This document shows positions 53,437 to 63,442 of a DNA stretch of 64,000 nucleotides, one piece after another. This stretch comes from an uncultured Nitrososphaeraceae archaeon (GTDB lineage: Archaea > Thermoproteota > Nitrososphaeria > Nitrososphaerales > Nitrososphaeraceae). The stretch covers positions 1 to 64,000 of the forward strand of contig CAVSMN010000015.1 of NCBI GenBank assembly GCA_963729045.1, given 5' to 3'. The first letter of the stretch is position 1. Each line of letters starts with the position of its first letter. A program made the position numbers and the translations under genes. Under the pieces are notes generated by a model that was not told where the DNA came from, searched no databases, and saw nothing but the letters and a program-made list of their open reading frames with translations.

Positions 53437-54057
53437 TTATTTTGATTTGGCATATCTATTGTTAACATCTTCCCAATTTATCAGATTCCACCAAGCATTG
53501 ACATAGTCGGGTCTTTTATTCTGATATTTGAGATAATACGCATGTTCCCAAACATCACATCCTAACAATGGTATGAGATTTTCTGTCCTGGGACTAGTTT
53601 GATTTGGCATGGATTTATAGTCTACTTTGTTGCTCTTTGGGTCAAATACTAGCCATCCCCAACCACTTCCTTGAATACCTATCGTACTTGCAGTAAACTT
53701 TTCCTTAAAAGCTGAAAAACTTCCAAATGAATTATTTATTGCCTCTGCAATAGATCCTTGTGGTTCCCCTCCGCCATTCGGGGTTAAATTGTTCCAGAAA
53801 ATTCGATGATTATCAAATCCACCGCCATTAAAGTTTATTGCTGATTTTAAATCATTGGGTACATTCCCTAAATCACTAAGTATTTCTATTATATCCTTAT
53901 TCTGAACATCTTGAGGACATTTTTCAAGAGCTGCGTTAAGATTGTTGGTATATGTTTGATGATGTTTCGTATAATGGATTTCCATAGTTTTTGCATCTAT
54001 ATGTGGTTCTAATGCATCATAGCTGTATGGAAGAGGAGGTAATTCGTATTTATTCAT
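53437..54057 (-). CDS. sod: Fe/Mn superoxide dismutase
   Basis: LPYSYDALEP, HYTKHH, NHRIFW, QGSGWGWL, DVWEHAYY; start at MNKYEL. Confidence 0.98.
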   Translation of the reverse strand: MNKYELPPLPYSYDALEPHIDAKTMEIHYTKHHQTYTNNLNAALEKCPQDVQNKDIIEILSDLGNVPNDLKSAINFNGGGFDNHRIFWNNLTPNGGGEPQGSIAEAINNSFGSFSAFKEKFTASTIGIQGSGWGWLVFDPKSNKVDYKSMPNQTSPRTENLIPLLGCDVWEHAYYLKYQNKRPDYVNAWWNLINWEDVNNRYAKSK

Positions 54058-54230
54058 TAAACAATTGTGTATACGAAACCTTTTATCCTTTTCCTTTTCC
54101 GTATCCGCTGCTTTGGCTTGACATTCTGCCAAATAATTACTTTTGGACTAAATAACACAATTACTATCGTGGGTTATTTGACATCAATCGGAAACATATT
54201 TATTTATTCTAAGTAGAATAAAACGATATT

Positions 54231-54749
54231 ATGGTAATCAATAATGATCTCCTTGAACAACGTAAAAAGATTTCAGAGCACCGTCCCAAATTTAAGAGAC
54301 AAGAAAGCTGGAGATATAAAAGGTTAGCTGTCACCTGGAGAAAACCCAAGGGAGTTGACAATAAGATGAGAAAGCAAGTCTCAGGAGTGCCTCCATTGGT
54401 AAAGATTGGTTACCGTGGCCCTAGAATATCACGTGGATTACATCCTTCTGGTTATGTTGATAGTTTGGTTCACAATGTTAAGGATTTAATGCTGCTGGAT
54501 AATTCTAAGGATGCAGCCCGCATTGCCCGTACTGTTGGAAACAAGAAAAGACTTGAGATTATCTCAAAAGCAGAGTCAATGGGCATCAAACTAATAAATG
54601 GAAAAAAATCTAAATCCGATTCATCCAAATCTTCAACCGTGAAGAAAGATTCATCCAAATCTTCAACCGTGAAGAAAGATTCATCCAAATCTTCAACCGT
54701 GAAGAAAGATTCATCCAAATCTTCAACCGTGAAGAAAAATCAAAAGTAG
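54231..54749 (+). CDS. rpl32e: 50S ribosomal protein L32e with repetitive C-terminal extension
   Basis: RPKFKRQESWRYKRL, WRKPKGVDNKMR, GYRGP, RGLHPSG. Confidence 0.97.
   Translation: MVINNDLLEQRKKISEHRPKFKRQESWRYKRLAVTWRKPKGVDNKMRKQVSGVPPLVKIGYRGPRISRGLHPSGYVDSLVHNVKDLMLLDNSKDAARIARTVGNKKRLEIISKAESMGIKLINGKKSKSDSSKSSTVKKDSSKSSTVKKDSSKSSTVKKDSSKSSTVKKNQK
54618..54737 (+). repeat. perfect 30-bp tandem repeat x4 encoding (DSSKSSTVKK)4
   Basis: GATTCATCCAAATCTTCAACCGTGAAGAAA at 54618, 54648, 54678, 54708. Confidence 0.98.
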
Positions 54750-54757
54750 TGATATAA

Positions 54758-55204
54758 ATGGTAGTAAATATACATAAAAAAAGAGAACTAGCATCCCGAA
54801 TTCTTGGAGTTGGGGTTAATAGGGTAAGATTTGAACCTGACAAATTAGATGACGTAGCCGACTCAATTACACGAGAAAATATAAGATCTTTGATAAGCAA
54901 TGGATCCATTTGGACCGCAAAAGTTAAAGGCACTTCTAGGGGTCGAACTAGGGCAAAACTTGTAACTAAGAAAAAACATGGAACTGGCCCAGGGTCCAAA
55001 AAAGGCAAAAAGACAGCTAGAGTTGGTAAAAAGGAAGTTTATGTTATTAAGGTACGATCGATGAGAAGGCATTTAAAGATATTAAAAGAAAGAAAAGATA
55101 TAACGAATGAACAATTTTGGGCACTGTATAAGAAAGTAAATGGTGCTCAAGTGCGTTCCTTGTCTCATCTTAGAGAACTGGTTAAAATAACAAAAACTCA
55201 CTAA
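54758..55204 (+). CDS. rpl19e: 50S ribosomal protein L19e
   Basis: LASRILGVGVNRV, ITRENIR, SRGR, GPGSKKG. Confidence 0.97.
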   Translation: MVVNIHKKRELASRILGVGVNRVRFEPDKLDDVADSITRENIRSLISNGSIWTAKVKGTSRGRTRAKLVTKKKHGTGPGSKKGKKTARVGKKEVYVIKVRSMRRHLKILKERKDITNEQFWALYKKVNGAQVRSLSHLRELVKITKTH

Positions 55205-55269
55205 AATAGGATTTCATTATCCTATTTTTTTCAAATACGACAATTCTAACTTTTTGATAGTTTGTATTA

Positions 55270-55713
55270 TCATAGTTCTTTAAGACATCTGGAGATGATT
55301 TCTTTAAATCTGGGAACGAAATCAAAATTGTCCATTTCCTTCTGATTGATCCAATAGTAGTCTGAATGTTCCCAATCTAATACCACTTTCCTTGTGCTCG
55401 AAACAAAACAGAAGGGTTGGATGATTATCATCAATTCGTTGTGAATTTGTACATTTAATTGATCGAATATTTTTCTTAAAACTAATTCATCTTTGTTTAT
55501 TCGTGTTTCTTCATAAATTTCTATCAATGCTCTAGAGAGTAAATCTTCATTTTTTTCAAGATATCCGCTCACCCCAGCCCATTTTTCTTGCATGGTTTTA
55601 ACTTTCTTACTCCTACGTAAAACCAATACTTCATTTTGGTTTTTTAAGACAGAGGTTACAACCATCGACGGTTTTTTATGACTTGAATCAATAAGAGTCT
55701 CGTCCTTCTTCAT
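55270..55713 (-). CDS. Nudix hydrolase
   Basis: LRRS.KV, WAGVSGYLE...ALIEIYEET, LDWEH. Confidence 0.88.
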   Translation of the reverse strand: MKKDETLIDSSHKKPSMVVTSVLKNQNEVLVLRRSKKVKTMQEKWAGVSGYLEKNEDLLSRALIEIYEETRINKDELVLRKIFDQLNVQIHNELMIIIQPFCFVSSTRKVVLDWEHSDYYWINQKEMDNFDFVPRFKEIISRCLKEL

Positions 55714-55903
55714 TTTGCTTCTTGATTTATTATTTGCAGGGTTAATTAATCTAAGTTTAGGAGATTGGATGGGATCTTGGGATTAGATTTTAATAATCTA
55801 CCTTTCAATTACATATTTTTAGATTTCTTATGATGATTTATTTTTGATTTAATTAATAGTATTTTAATTCAATGAACTAGGAATAAAAAATACTATACTG
55901 AAA

Positions 55904-56797
55904 TTATATGTACTTTGGCTCTAATTCTTGCGTTCTTAGGAGGGATAATATTCTATCTTTTTCACTACCCATCCCTTTCTTGTCAATATAAATACTAGTT
56001 ACCTTTTCAATGCTTTTTTCCCACATCTGTTTTAACATTTCATTATTAATGAATCTCAAATTATGTTTACTGGCAATAGATGCGAAGGCGACATTCGAAG
56101 TTAGAATTAGATTGTTAAATTTTTGTGGATAATGATTTCCGCCTAGCCCTATCGCGATTTCTAATTCTTCAACATTCGCTTTTTTATTTGCATTTTGTAT
56201 CGTTTGTATTAAGCATTCACAAACCATCTTTGCTGTTTCCTTGTTGTTCCATTCTTCTTCAGAAGACCCTATCTCAATGAACAAGATTGGATTTGAAGAT
56301 GATGTTGGCCCGTGATGAGAAGATTCAATCGTGAGATCATATTTGAGTAGGCTGTTTTTCATGGAAAATAAATTTTTCATGTACTCCTTTTGAAAACTAG
56401 GGTATGCGATACCCATCTCAAATGCTGCCCCACCTAGTGACTTATCTGTTGAAAAATTTCCTGTAAAGTGGGATGTCAATGCAGGTATTTTACTCTTTGA
56501 TGCATGTTTAGATAAGAAGATTAATACATTATTTGGAATTTCAAATTTGTCGATATTTCTTAAATGAATTAATTCTTCGTCTGTTACAACTAAATTCAGG
56601 TTGTGATATTTTTTGGATTTAAGAAATTCAATTTTTGGATCAAAAGTTCTTGTTTCTTGATTCATGTCAATCTCGAGTTTGGCATAATCATTGAGATAAA
56701 AAGAGTCTTCAAAGCCTGCCTCACTTTTCAAATAGTTTAGCATGGTAAAACTGGCAATATCTTTGGAAGAGGTTATGATTGTAAACTTACTTATCAA
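55904..56797 (-). CDS. dtdA: archaeal D-aminoacyl-tRNA deacylase (DTD2/GEK1)
   Basis: FLSKHAS, LTSHFTGN, ESSHHGP, FIEIGS..EEW, GGNHY. Confidence 0.93.
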   Translation of the reverse strand: MISKFTIITSSKDIASFTMLNYLKSEAGFEDSFYLNDYAKLEIDMNQETRTFDPKIEFLKSKKYHNLNLVVTDEELIHLRNIDKFEIPNNVLIFLSKHASKSKIPALTSHFTGNFSTDKSLGGAAFEMGIAYPSFQKEYMKNLFSMKNSLLKYDLTIESSHHGPTSSSNPILFIEIGSSEEEWNNKETAKMVCECLIQTIQNANKKANVEELEIAIGLGGNHYPQKFNNLILTSNVAFASIASKHNLRFINNEMLKQMWEKSIEKVTSIYIDKKGMGSEKDRILSLLRTQELEPKYI

Positions 56798-56977
56798 GAA
56801 GAACTAGAGATCTTGATTTAGATTTATTTCTTATTTCTGTAGGATAAACATTAAAAATTGATATTTGAAGCAAATGTTATAAACTTATAAATTCCAAAAC
56901 AAATACGTTTAATGATTCTATAAGTATGCCAAAAAACCTCCACAAAGTCGATGATGATTTGGATTTGATAGACTTGA

Positions 56978-57643
56978 ATGATAATGAATGAATCCGAAAA
57001 AATTAACACTTTCAATGATCTTGATAAGGGTCAGCATGAAAAAAAATCAATCAAGATCAAGTCTACCAATAAAGATAATACAAAGAGGTCAAAAGATGAT
57101 AATTTAGGGGCTAAGGAATCTAAAAATACCCGAGAGAAAGGATCAAAAGATTCTGACAGTCAAACTGAGGATACCACTCTGTTGTCAAACGAAGAGGAAG
57201 GGGATTCAAAATTTTTTGTTGTTAGGGTGGCTGGTGGTCAAGAAAGCATGATAGCATCCATGCTTCAGACTAGATTACATTCAAAGAAAATAGAGGGTAT
57301 TTATTCGGTTTTATTTTTAGAAAATTTTAAGGGTTACGTAATCGTTGAAGCAGTAGACTCAAATATCGCATATGAGGCTTTGCATGGAATCCGACATATA
57401 CGGGGACAAATAAGAGGTGAACTACCATTTAAGGATCTGGAGGGTTATCTCATCAAGAAACCAGTAGTTACCGAACTAATTATCGATGACACAGTGGAGA
57501 TTATTGCTGGACCATTCAAATCCATGAAAGCCAAAATAATGAGAGTTGATTATGAAAAACAGGAAGCAACAGTAGTATTACTTGATTCTCCATATCAGAT
57601 ACCTGTAACTGTTGACGCTAATTATTTGAAGAAGTCTTTATAG
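56978..57643 (+). CDS. spt5: transcription elongation factor Spt5
   Basis: NGN domain (VRVAGGQE, KGYVIVEA) and KOW domain (VEIIAGPFK); followed by rpl11. Confidence 0.95.
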   Translation: MIMNESEKINTFNDLDKGQHEKKSIKIKSTNKDNTKRSKDDNLGAKESKNTREKGSKDSDSQTEDTTLLSNEEEGDSKFFVVRVAGGQESMIASMLQTRLHSKKIEGIYSVLFLENFKGYVIVEAVDSNIAYEALHGIRHIRGQIRGELPFKDLEGYLIKKPVVTELIIDDTVEIIAGPFKSMKAKIMRVDYEKQEATVVLLDSPYQIPVTVDANYLKKSL

Positions 57644-57684
57644 AATTATAAGTGGTTTTTACATTAGACAGTTTGTAATATCTT

Positions 57685-58167
57685 ATGAGTGAAAAAAAAG
57701 TTGTGAATGCATTAGTAAGTGGGGGCGAAGCCAGCGCGGGGCCACCTTTGGGACCTGCTCTGGGACCACTTGGAATTAACATTTTACAGGTTGTTAATAC
57801 TATAAACGAAAAAACCAAAGATTTTCCGGGAATGAAAGTTCCAGTCAAGGTGGAAGTTGACACCGAGACCAAACAATTCACAGTAGAAGTAGGTATACCT
57901 CCTACGGCTGCCCTTATTTTTAAGGAATCTGGAGTTACCAAAGGGTCTGGAACTGCTGGTACTGATTTTGTAGGGAATATCTCGATGGAAGGTATAGTAA
58001 AAATATCAAAAATGAAACTAGATGTTTCCTATGCACAAACGATAAAATCATCTTCAAAGGAAATCATAGGCACCTGTCTGAGCTTGGGCATAAAAGTGGA
58101 AGATAAGGTGGCAAATGAGATATATCAAGATATTTCCTCTGGCAAATACGATTCTTTGCTATCCTAG
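57685..58167 (+). CDS. rpl11: 50S ribosomal protein L11
   Basis: GGEASAGPPLGPALGPLG, GMKVPV, PPTAALI. Confidence 0.97.
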   Translation: MSEKKVVNALVSGGEASAGPPLGPALGPLGINILQVVNTINEKTKDFPGMKVPVKVEVDTETKQFTVEVGIPPTAALIFKESGVTKGSGTAGTDFVGNISMEGIVKISKMKLDVSYAQTIKSSSKEIIGTCLSLGIKVEDKVANEIYQDISSGKYDSLLS

Positions 58168-58256
58168 CTTTTTTTTATTTTTTCAACAAATAAATTAATT
58201 TTATTTAAGTAAGTTTAAAATATACCAATGACTGCAGTGTAAACTATAATTTTAAG

Positions 58257-59933
58257 GTGAATGATGGAAATATGTCAATTCAACAAGGATCAGCAGGCGG
58301 GATGCCAATTTTAATATTAAAAGAAGGCGCAAGTGAGACTAAAGGAAGAGAAGCACAGAAAAATAACATAAACGCAGCAAAAACAGTCGCAGAAATAGTA
58401 CGAACTAGTTTAGGTCCTAGAGGCATGGATAAAATGCTTGTAGATTCGTTAGGTGATGTCACTATTACTAACGATGGTGCAACTATATTGAAAGAAATTG
58501 ATGTTCAACATCCTGCTGCAAAAATGATGGTGGAAATAAGCAAGGCAACAGATAATGAGGTAGGGGATGGCACCACCTCAGTCGTTGTTCTAGCAGGTTC
58601 GTTAATTGAAAAAGCAGAGGAGTTGATTACGAAGAATGTTCATCCGACGGTGATTGTAGATGGGTATAGAAAATGTGCTGTCAAGTCAATAGAACTTTTA
58701 AACAATATCGCTATTAAAGTAACAAATAACGAAAAAGACCAATTAATAAAAATAGCAAAGACATCAATGCAAACTAAACTGGTTTCAAAGGAATCAGATG
58801 ACCTGGCTAATATTGTTGTCACAGCTGCACAACAAGTATCTGAGTCTCGAAATGAATCTACAAAGGTCGATTTGGATGACATCAAGGTTGAAAAGAAATC
58901 TGGTGGGTCCATTAAAGATACAAAATTGATAAAGGGAATCGTTTTGGATAAAGAGGTAGTTCATGGTGGAATGCCCAAAAGGGTAGAGAAAGCTAAGATA
59001 GCATTGATTAATTCTGCCTTGGAAATAGAAAAGACCGAATTCGACGCAAAATTAAATATTACATCACCAGAACAAATGAAGAGATTCCTTGACGAGGAAA
59101 ATACCATGCTAAAGACCATGGTTGAAAAAATAACTGGATCTGGGGCTAATGTAGTAATTTGTCAAAAGGGATTAGATGATATCGCACAACACTATCTCGC
59201 AAAAGCTAATGTTTTGACGGTTAGACGTGTGAAAGAGAGTGATATGACCAAGTTATCCAGAGCTACAGGCGCAAGAGTTATCAACAATCTAGATGACTTG
59301 ACCAGCAAGGATTTGGGAGCTGCTGATCTCGTGGAAGAAAGAAAAGTTGAAACAGACAAGTGGGTATTCATAGAAGGATGCAAGAATCCAAAAGCTGTAA
59401 CCATCTTGATACGCGGCGGATCCCAAAGAGTGGTTGATGAGGCAGATCGTTCGGTGCATGATGCACTTATGGTGACCAAAGATGTTTTGGAAAAACCCTT
59501 GATAGTAGCTGGAGGAGGATCACCTGAGGCATACGTTTCTGGCAAATTAAGAGAATGGACTAATACATTGACTGGCAGAGAACAATTGGCAGCTGAAAAA
59601 TTCGCTGAAGCATTGGAAATTATCCCCTTAACCCTTGCTGAAAATGCGGGCATGAACCAAATTGATACATTGGCTGAATTGCGATCTAAGCAAAATAAGG
59701 GAGCAAAATGGGCTGGAATTGATGCACGAAATTCACGAATTGCAGACATGTCTAAACTTGATATATTTGAACCTTTAGCAGTGAAAGAACAGATTATCAA
59801 ATCTGCTACTGAAGTAGCATCAATGTTATTAAGAATTGATGATGTAATTGCTTCAAGTAAATCTGCCGGTGGAGGGGGAATGCCTCCAGGCGGAATGGGC
59901 GGAATGCCTCCAGGCATGGACGGTATGATGTAG
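58257..59933 (+). CDS. thermosome (group II chaperonin) subunit
   Basis: [27 protein letters not shown]-rich C-terminus. Confidence 0.98.
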   Translation: MNDGNMSIQQGSAGGMPILILKEGASETKGREAQKNNINAAKTVAEIVRTSLGPRGMDKMLVDSLGDVTITNDGATILKEIDVQHPAAKMMVEISKATDNEVGDGTTSVVVLAGSLIEKAEELITKNVHPTVIVDGYRKCAVKSIELLNNIAIKVTNNEKDQLIKIAKTSMQTKLVSKESDDLANIVVTAAQQVSESRNESTKVDLDDIKVEKKSGGSIKDTKLIKGIVLDKEVVHGGMPKRVEKAKIALINSALEIEKTEFDAKLNITSPEQMKRFLDEENTMLKTMVEKITGSGANVVICQKGLDDIAQHYLAKANVLTVRRVKESDMTKLSRATGARVINNLDDLTSKDLGAADLVEERKVETDKWVFIEGCKNPKAVTILIRGGSQRVVDEADRSVHDALMVTKDVLEKPLIVAGGGSPEAYVSGKLREWTNTLTGREQLAAEKFAEALEIIPLTLAENAGMNQIDTLAELRSKQNKGAKWAGIDARNSRIADMSKLDIFEPLAVKEQIIKSATEVASMLLRIDDVIASSKSAGGGGMPPGGMGGMPPGMDGMM

Positions 59934-60074
59934 AAGAATCCGTATATCATATTTTTTCTAGAAAAATTATTTTAGCTTTTGTTCATGACTGGATCCAGTC
60001 CAAAAAAAATATTATTTTGATTTTAGAATAACATCATCCAATAAAATTATATTTGAATTGGAGGTATCAATTGT

Positions 60075-60390
60075 CGGGGTAGGTAGGATCGGGGTGCTAG
60101 CCGTGCCCCGTACCGAAAATCGGCTTTATGTCGGGATCAGTAACCGTTAGGTAAATTCGTGAATGGGAGGATACCCGCTCATTCGACTAGGATGAAATCA
60201 TGCCGTATCGGATGGCTATGAGCAGCAACTTACATGAAGGTGTAAAATTGACTGTGGATTGTTGAAATGGGTGAGGTCCGGGAGGGAGCAACCCTAAGGC
60301 ATCGCAGCCGTGCTGTTACGTCTACGTGGTGGATTTGGGAGGATTTGAAATGGGACCTTTTGTTCATGTTGGTACTAACGGGCTACCCTA
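60075..60390 (+). ncRNA. ffs: archaeal SRP (7S) RNA
   Basis: Alu-type 5' domain TAGGATCGGGGTGCTAGCCGTGCCCCGTACCGAAAATCGGC; helix 8 AGGTCCGGGAGGGAGCAACC; terminal pairing GGGTAG/CTACCC; about 315 nt. Confidence 0.92.
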
Positions 60391-60476
60391 CTCACTTTTG
60401 ATTGTGTTTTTTATAAAGCTTTATTATTTAACTAAGTTGGAAACAGGTTAAATATTTTGTACCATATTCCTAAAAT

Positions 60477-60839
60477 ATGGTCCAAGATGTTTTCGACCGC
60501 TACAAGGATGAAAATAATACCGATGGAATTAATAAAAGTAATGTTGCTAAAGACACCACCAGATCCAATAGTTACAATTTAGATGAATCAGAGAGTGACG
60601 TCACAAGAGCGATAAGGGATTCGATTGAAAGGAATTCTCGTGGTAACATTAAAGAATCTGAAACATCATTCAAACAAGTCCTTGATTTGGCAATGAACGT
60701 CGTTAATGAGTTGCCAACGATGGTAAACGTGACCGGTAAGACTATTAACAAAATGATAGTGAAGGGGAAAGAAGGCATCGAATCCATAAATAATTTTAAA
60801 AATAGCATGAGTTACTCTTGTAAAGATAGGTCAGAATAA
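60477..60839 (+). CDS. hypothetical protein
   Basis: 120-aa ORF preceded by an AT-rich promoter-like stretch. Confidence 0.55.
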   Translation: MVQDVFDRYKDENNTDGINKSNVAKDTTRSNSYNLDESESDVTRAIRDSIERNSRGNIKESETSFKQVLDLAMNVVNELPTMVNVTGKTINKMIVKGKEGIESINNFKNSMSYSCKDRSE

Positions 60840-61288
60840 AAATATCACTAGTCCATATCCAAAAAATTGAAAATGTCCTTGTAGTCGGAACATTATTTAT
60901 AACTATGACAGTGTAATCTGATTATTTCATATTAGGTTTGTTTTGCAGTATCGTTCTTTCTATAACTTTGGATCAATTTTTAGTTAAATATCAGGAATAT
61001 TGTCATTAACTCGCAGAGGTTTTTTGAATATACTTTGTAAACTTGCTTATTTGGTCTATTATCAAAATAATATCTTAATCCCCACGGATTTCTTTATTCA
61101 AACGGCTCGTGTGAGGCCTTTCTGATTTTTTGTGCTGAACTTATGTTTGTTATGAAATATTTATTTTTTACTCAGTTTGTCCTGTCTAGGTACATAGTTA
61201 TTTTTTAAATATAATTCATCATAAGAAATCTAATATACTATTAGGTGAAATTGTTATAAATATTATCCCTCTATTTTTTTTGATTTTT

Positions 61289-61981
61289 ATGACTCTTCCA
61301 GGGGGTGAAATTTCAAAAAGAGAACTACATTTTATATGGATTGTAGATTGCTCGGGATCTATGAGAGATGATGGAAAGATCCAAGCCTTGAATTATGCTA
61401 TCAAAGAGGCAATTCCTCATATGCAAAGAGAATCTGAAAATAATATCCAAGCGAATTTGTTAATAAGTGCATTAAAGTTTTCTACAGGTGCACAATGGAT
61501 TATTGCCCCTACAAGAGTAAATGACTTCAAATGGACTGATATTGAAGCGAAAGGTGAAACTGATTTGGGACAAGCTTTCATTTTACTCTCTGAAATCTTG
61601 CGTATACCTCCGATGACTGAAAGGGGATTACCACCAGTATTAGTATTGCTCTCTGATGGACAACCTACTGATAATTTTAAAGATGGTCTAGAAAAATTGT
61701 TGTCAGAACCATGGGGTCGAAAGGCAATTCGAGTATCTATCGCAATCGGTGAGGACGCAAACATGGATGTACTTCAAAGGTTTATTGGAGACAATGAAAG
61801 ACAACCGTTGTTGGCGCGGAACCCAGAATCACTTACAAAATATATAAAATGGGTTTCAACGGTCGTGCAGACAGCTTCAGCTAGACCCAAAAGCCAACAA
61901 AAATACTATGACGGCTCTATTTCTAATGTCGACATACCAAAACCCCCTGAAATGATATCTGGAGCTACTGATGTGTGGTAA
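61289..61981 (+). CDS. terY: TerY-family von Willebrand A domain protein
   Basis: RELHFIWIVDCSGSM (MIDAS DxSxS), KIQALN, GETDLG.A, LLSDGQPTD, IAIG. Confidence 0.92.
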   Translation: MTLPGGEISKRELHFIWIVDCSGSMRDDGKIQALNYAIKEAIPHMQRESENNIQANLLISALKFSTGAQWIIAPTRVNDFKWTDIEAKGETDLGQAFILLSEILRIPPMTERGLPPVLVLLSDGQPTDNFKDGLEKLLSEPWGRKAIRVSIAIGEDANMDVLQRFIGDNERQPLLARNPESLTKYIKWVSTVVQTASARPKSQQKYYDGSISNVDIPKPPEMISGATDVW

Positions 61982-61987
61982 ATAATT

Positions 61988-63427
61988 TTGATTTCGAAGA
62001 CCAATCAAGTGAACACTACGAGCGAGTTTCAAGCGGGTGAGCCAGTCCACATAAACGGGTTAAACATAGTTTGCAATGTTGAAAAGGAATTGGGTTCAGG
62101 CACTCAAGGTAAGGTATATTCACTAATCAGTCCAGATAATTCCCCACTTGTTTTAAAGTGGTATTTTCCTTCCATGGCTACTAATGAGCAATATGATATA
62201 CTCAAATCTCTAATTCAAAAAGAGTCTCCGAGTAATGGGTTCCTTTGGCCCTTGGCACTAGTCAAAATTCCAAAAAAAGAAGGATTTGGATACGTAATGT
62301 CCATGAAAGATTCGAGATTTAAAAGTTTTAGTTTGTGGTTGTCTAGGAAAATTAATCCTTCCTTTAAGACATTGCTGACCGCCTGTTTTGAATTGGTACA
62401 AAGTTTTCATCTATTGCATTCAAAAGGCCTTTGCTATCAGGATTTATCTCTAAATAATATTTATTTTGATCCTGAAAATGGAGAAATACGCATAGGAGAT
62501 ACAGATAATATTGTAATAAATGGAGAAGATAAGGGTAACGTGATTGGTACTCCTAAATTCATGGCCCCAGAAATAATAATTGGAAAAGCGTTACCAAATA
62601 CGCAAACAGATTTATATTCATTAGCAATAATACTGTTTTATATTTTATTTCTAAACCATCCATTAGAAGGTAAAATTGAAAGTTCCATCAAAAGTCTTGA
62701 CCTGCCTTCGATGTCTAAACTATACGGATTCGAACCGCTTTTCATATTTGATCCAAACAATAATTCCAATTATCCCGATCCTGCTTTTCATGCGAATGCA
62801 TTAATATTTTGGAGTATTTATCCCGATTTTATCAAAAGAATTTTCGTAAAAGCCTTTACCGATGGTATTAAGGATCCAATGCATGGAAGAGTCAGAGAAA
62901 CTGAATGGCAAATTGCTCTACTCGCGTTACGGGATTCTATATATTATTGCAAACATTGTGGATCTGAGAATTTTCTTGTTACTGATTATTCGGTTTTTGA
63001 AAAATTAAAGATACCAGTAGAACTTGGGGTCATTAATTCTGACATTAAAGTTTCGAAACAAAGCAGCATTGTTGAGGGGGTACAAAGCAATTCTGCTTGT
63101 TGGAATCCAAAATGTAAAACTATGAATACTCACATTTTGAATATTCGAATTGATGATCGATTGTTTATTGCCTTAAATCACGACACCAAATTATTCCTTC
63201 ATCACATAGATCCGGACCGCAAATATGATTTCTCAAATCCTGTAGCAGAAGTCTCTAGACATCCAACTGAACCTGGGGTTTGGGGATTGAGGAATCTTTC
63301 TACATATCCTTGGAAAGTTGGCAAGGCTAATGGTGACATAATTGAAGTTAATTCAAAACAAAGTTTCTCGTTAGTGCCAGGTACTCAAATAGACTTTGGC
63401 ACCTCTAAGGGTATGGTTTGCTACTAA
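61988..63427 (+). CDS. TerY-associated Ser/Thr protein kinase with C-terminal Cys cluster and beta-rich domain
   Basis: LGSGTQGKVY, VLKWY, YQDLSLNN, GDTDN, GTPKFMAPE, TDLYSLA; CKHC...CWNPKC. Confidence 0.92.
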   Translation: MISKTNQVNTTSEFQAGEPVHINGLNIVCNVEKELGSGTQGKVYSLISPDNSPLVLKWYFPSMATNEQYDILKSLIQKESPSNGFLWPLALVKIPKKEGFGYVMSMKDSRFKSFSLWLSRKINPSFKTLLTACFELVQSFHLLHSKGLCYQDLSLNNIYFDPENGEIRIGDTDNIVINGEDKGNVIGTPKFMAPEIIIGKALPNTQTDLYSLAIILFYILFLNHPLEGKIESSIKSLDLPSMSKLYGFEPLFIFDPNNNSNYPDPAFHANALIFWSIYPDFIKRIFVKAFTDGIKDPMHGRVRETEWQIALLALRDSIYYCKHCGSENFLVTDYSVFEKLKIPVELGVINSDIKVSKQSSIVEGVQSNSACWNPKCKTMNTHILNIRIDDRLFIALNHDTKLFLHHIDPDRKYDFSNPVAEVSRHPTEPGVWGLRNLSTYPWKVGKANGDIIEVNSKQSFSLVPGTQIDFGTSKGMVCY

Positions 63428-63442
63428 GGACATAATGGATCT

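Noticed and set aside
54058..54132. N-terminal extension of SOD given by the ORF track
   Set aside because: Homology begins at MNKYELPPLPY; the extra segment covers the likely promoter region
54618..54737. 30-bp repeats as a CRISPR array
   Set aside because: Head-to-tail units with no spacers, in frame within rpl32e, and no cas genes in the window
59192..59950. 252-aa minus-strand ORF and similar antisense ORFs (for example 9317-9667, 25939-26409, 39212-39565)
   Set aside because: Shadow ORFs opposite well-supported genes, with no recognisable motifs
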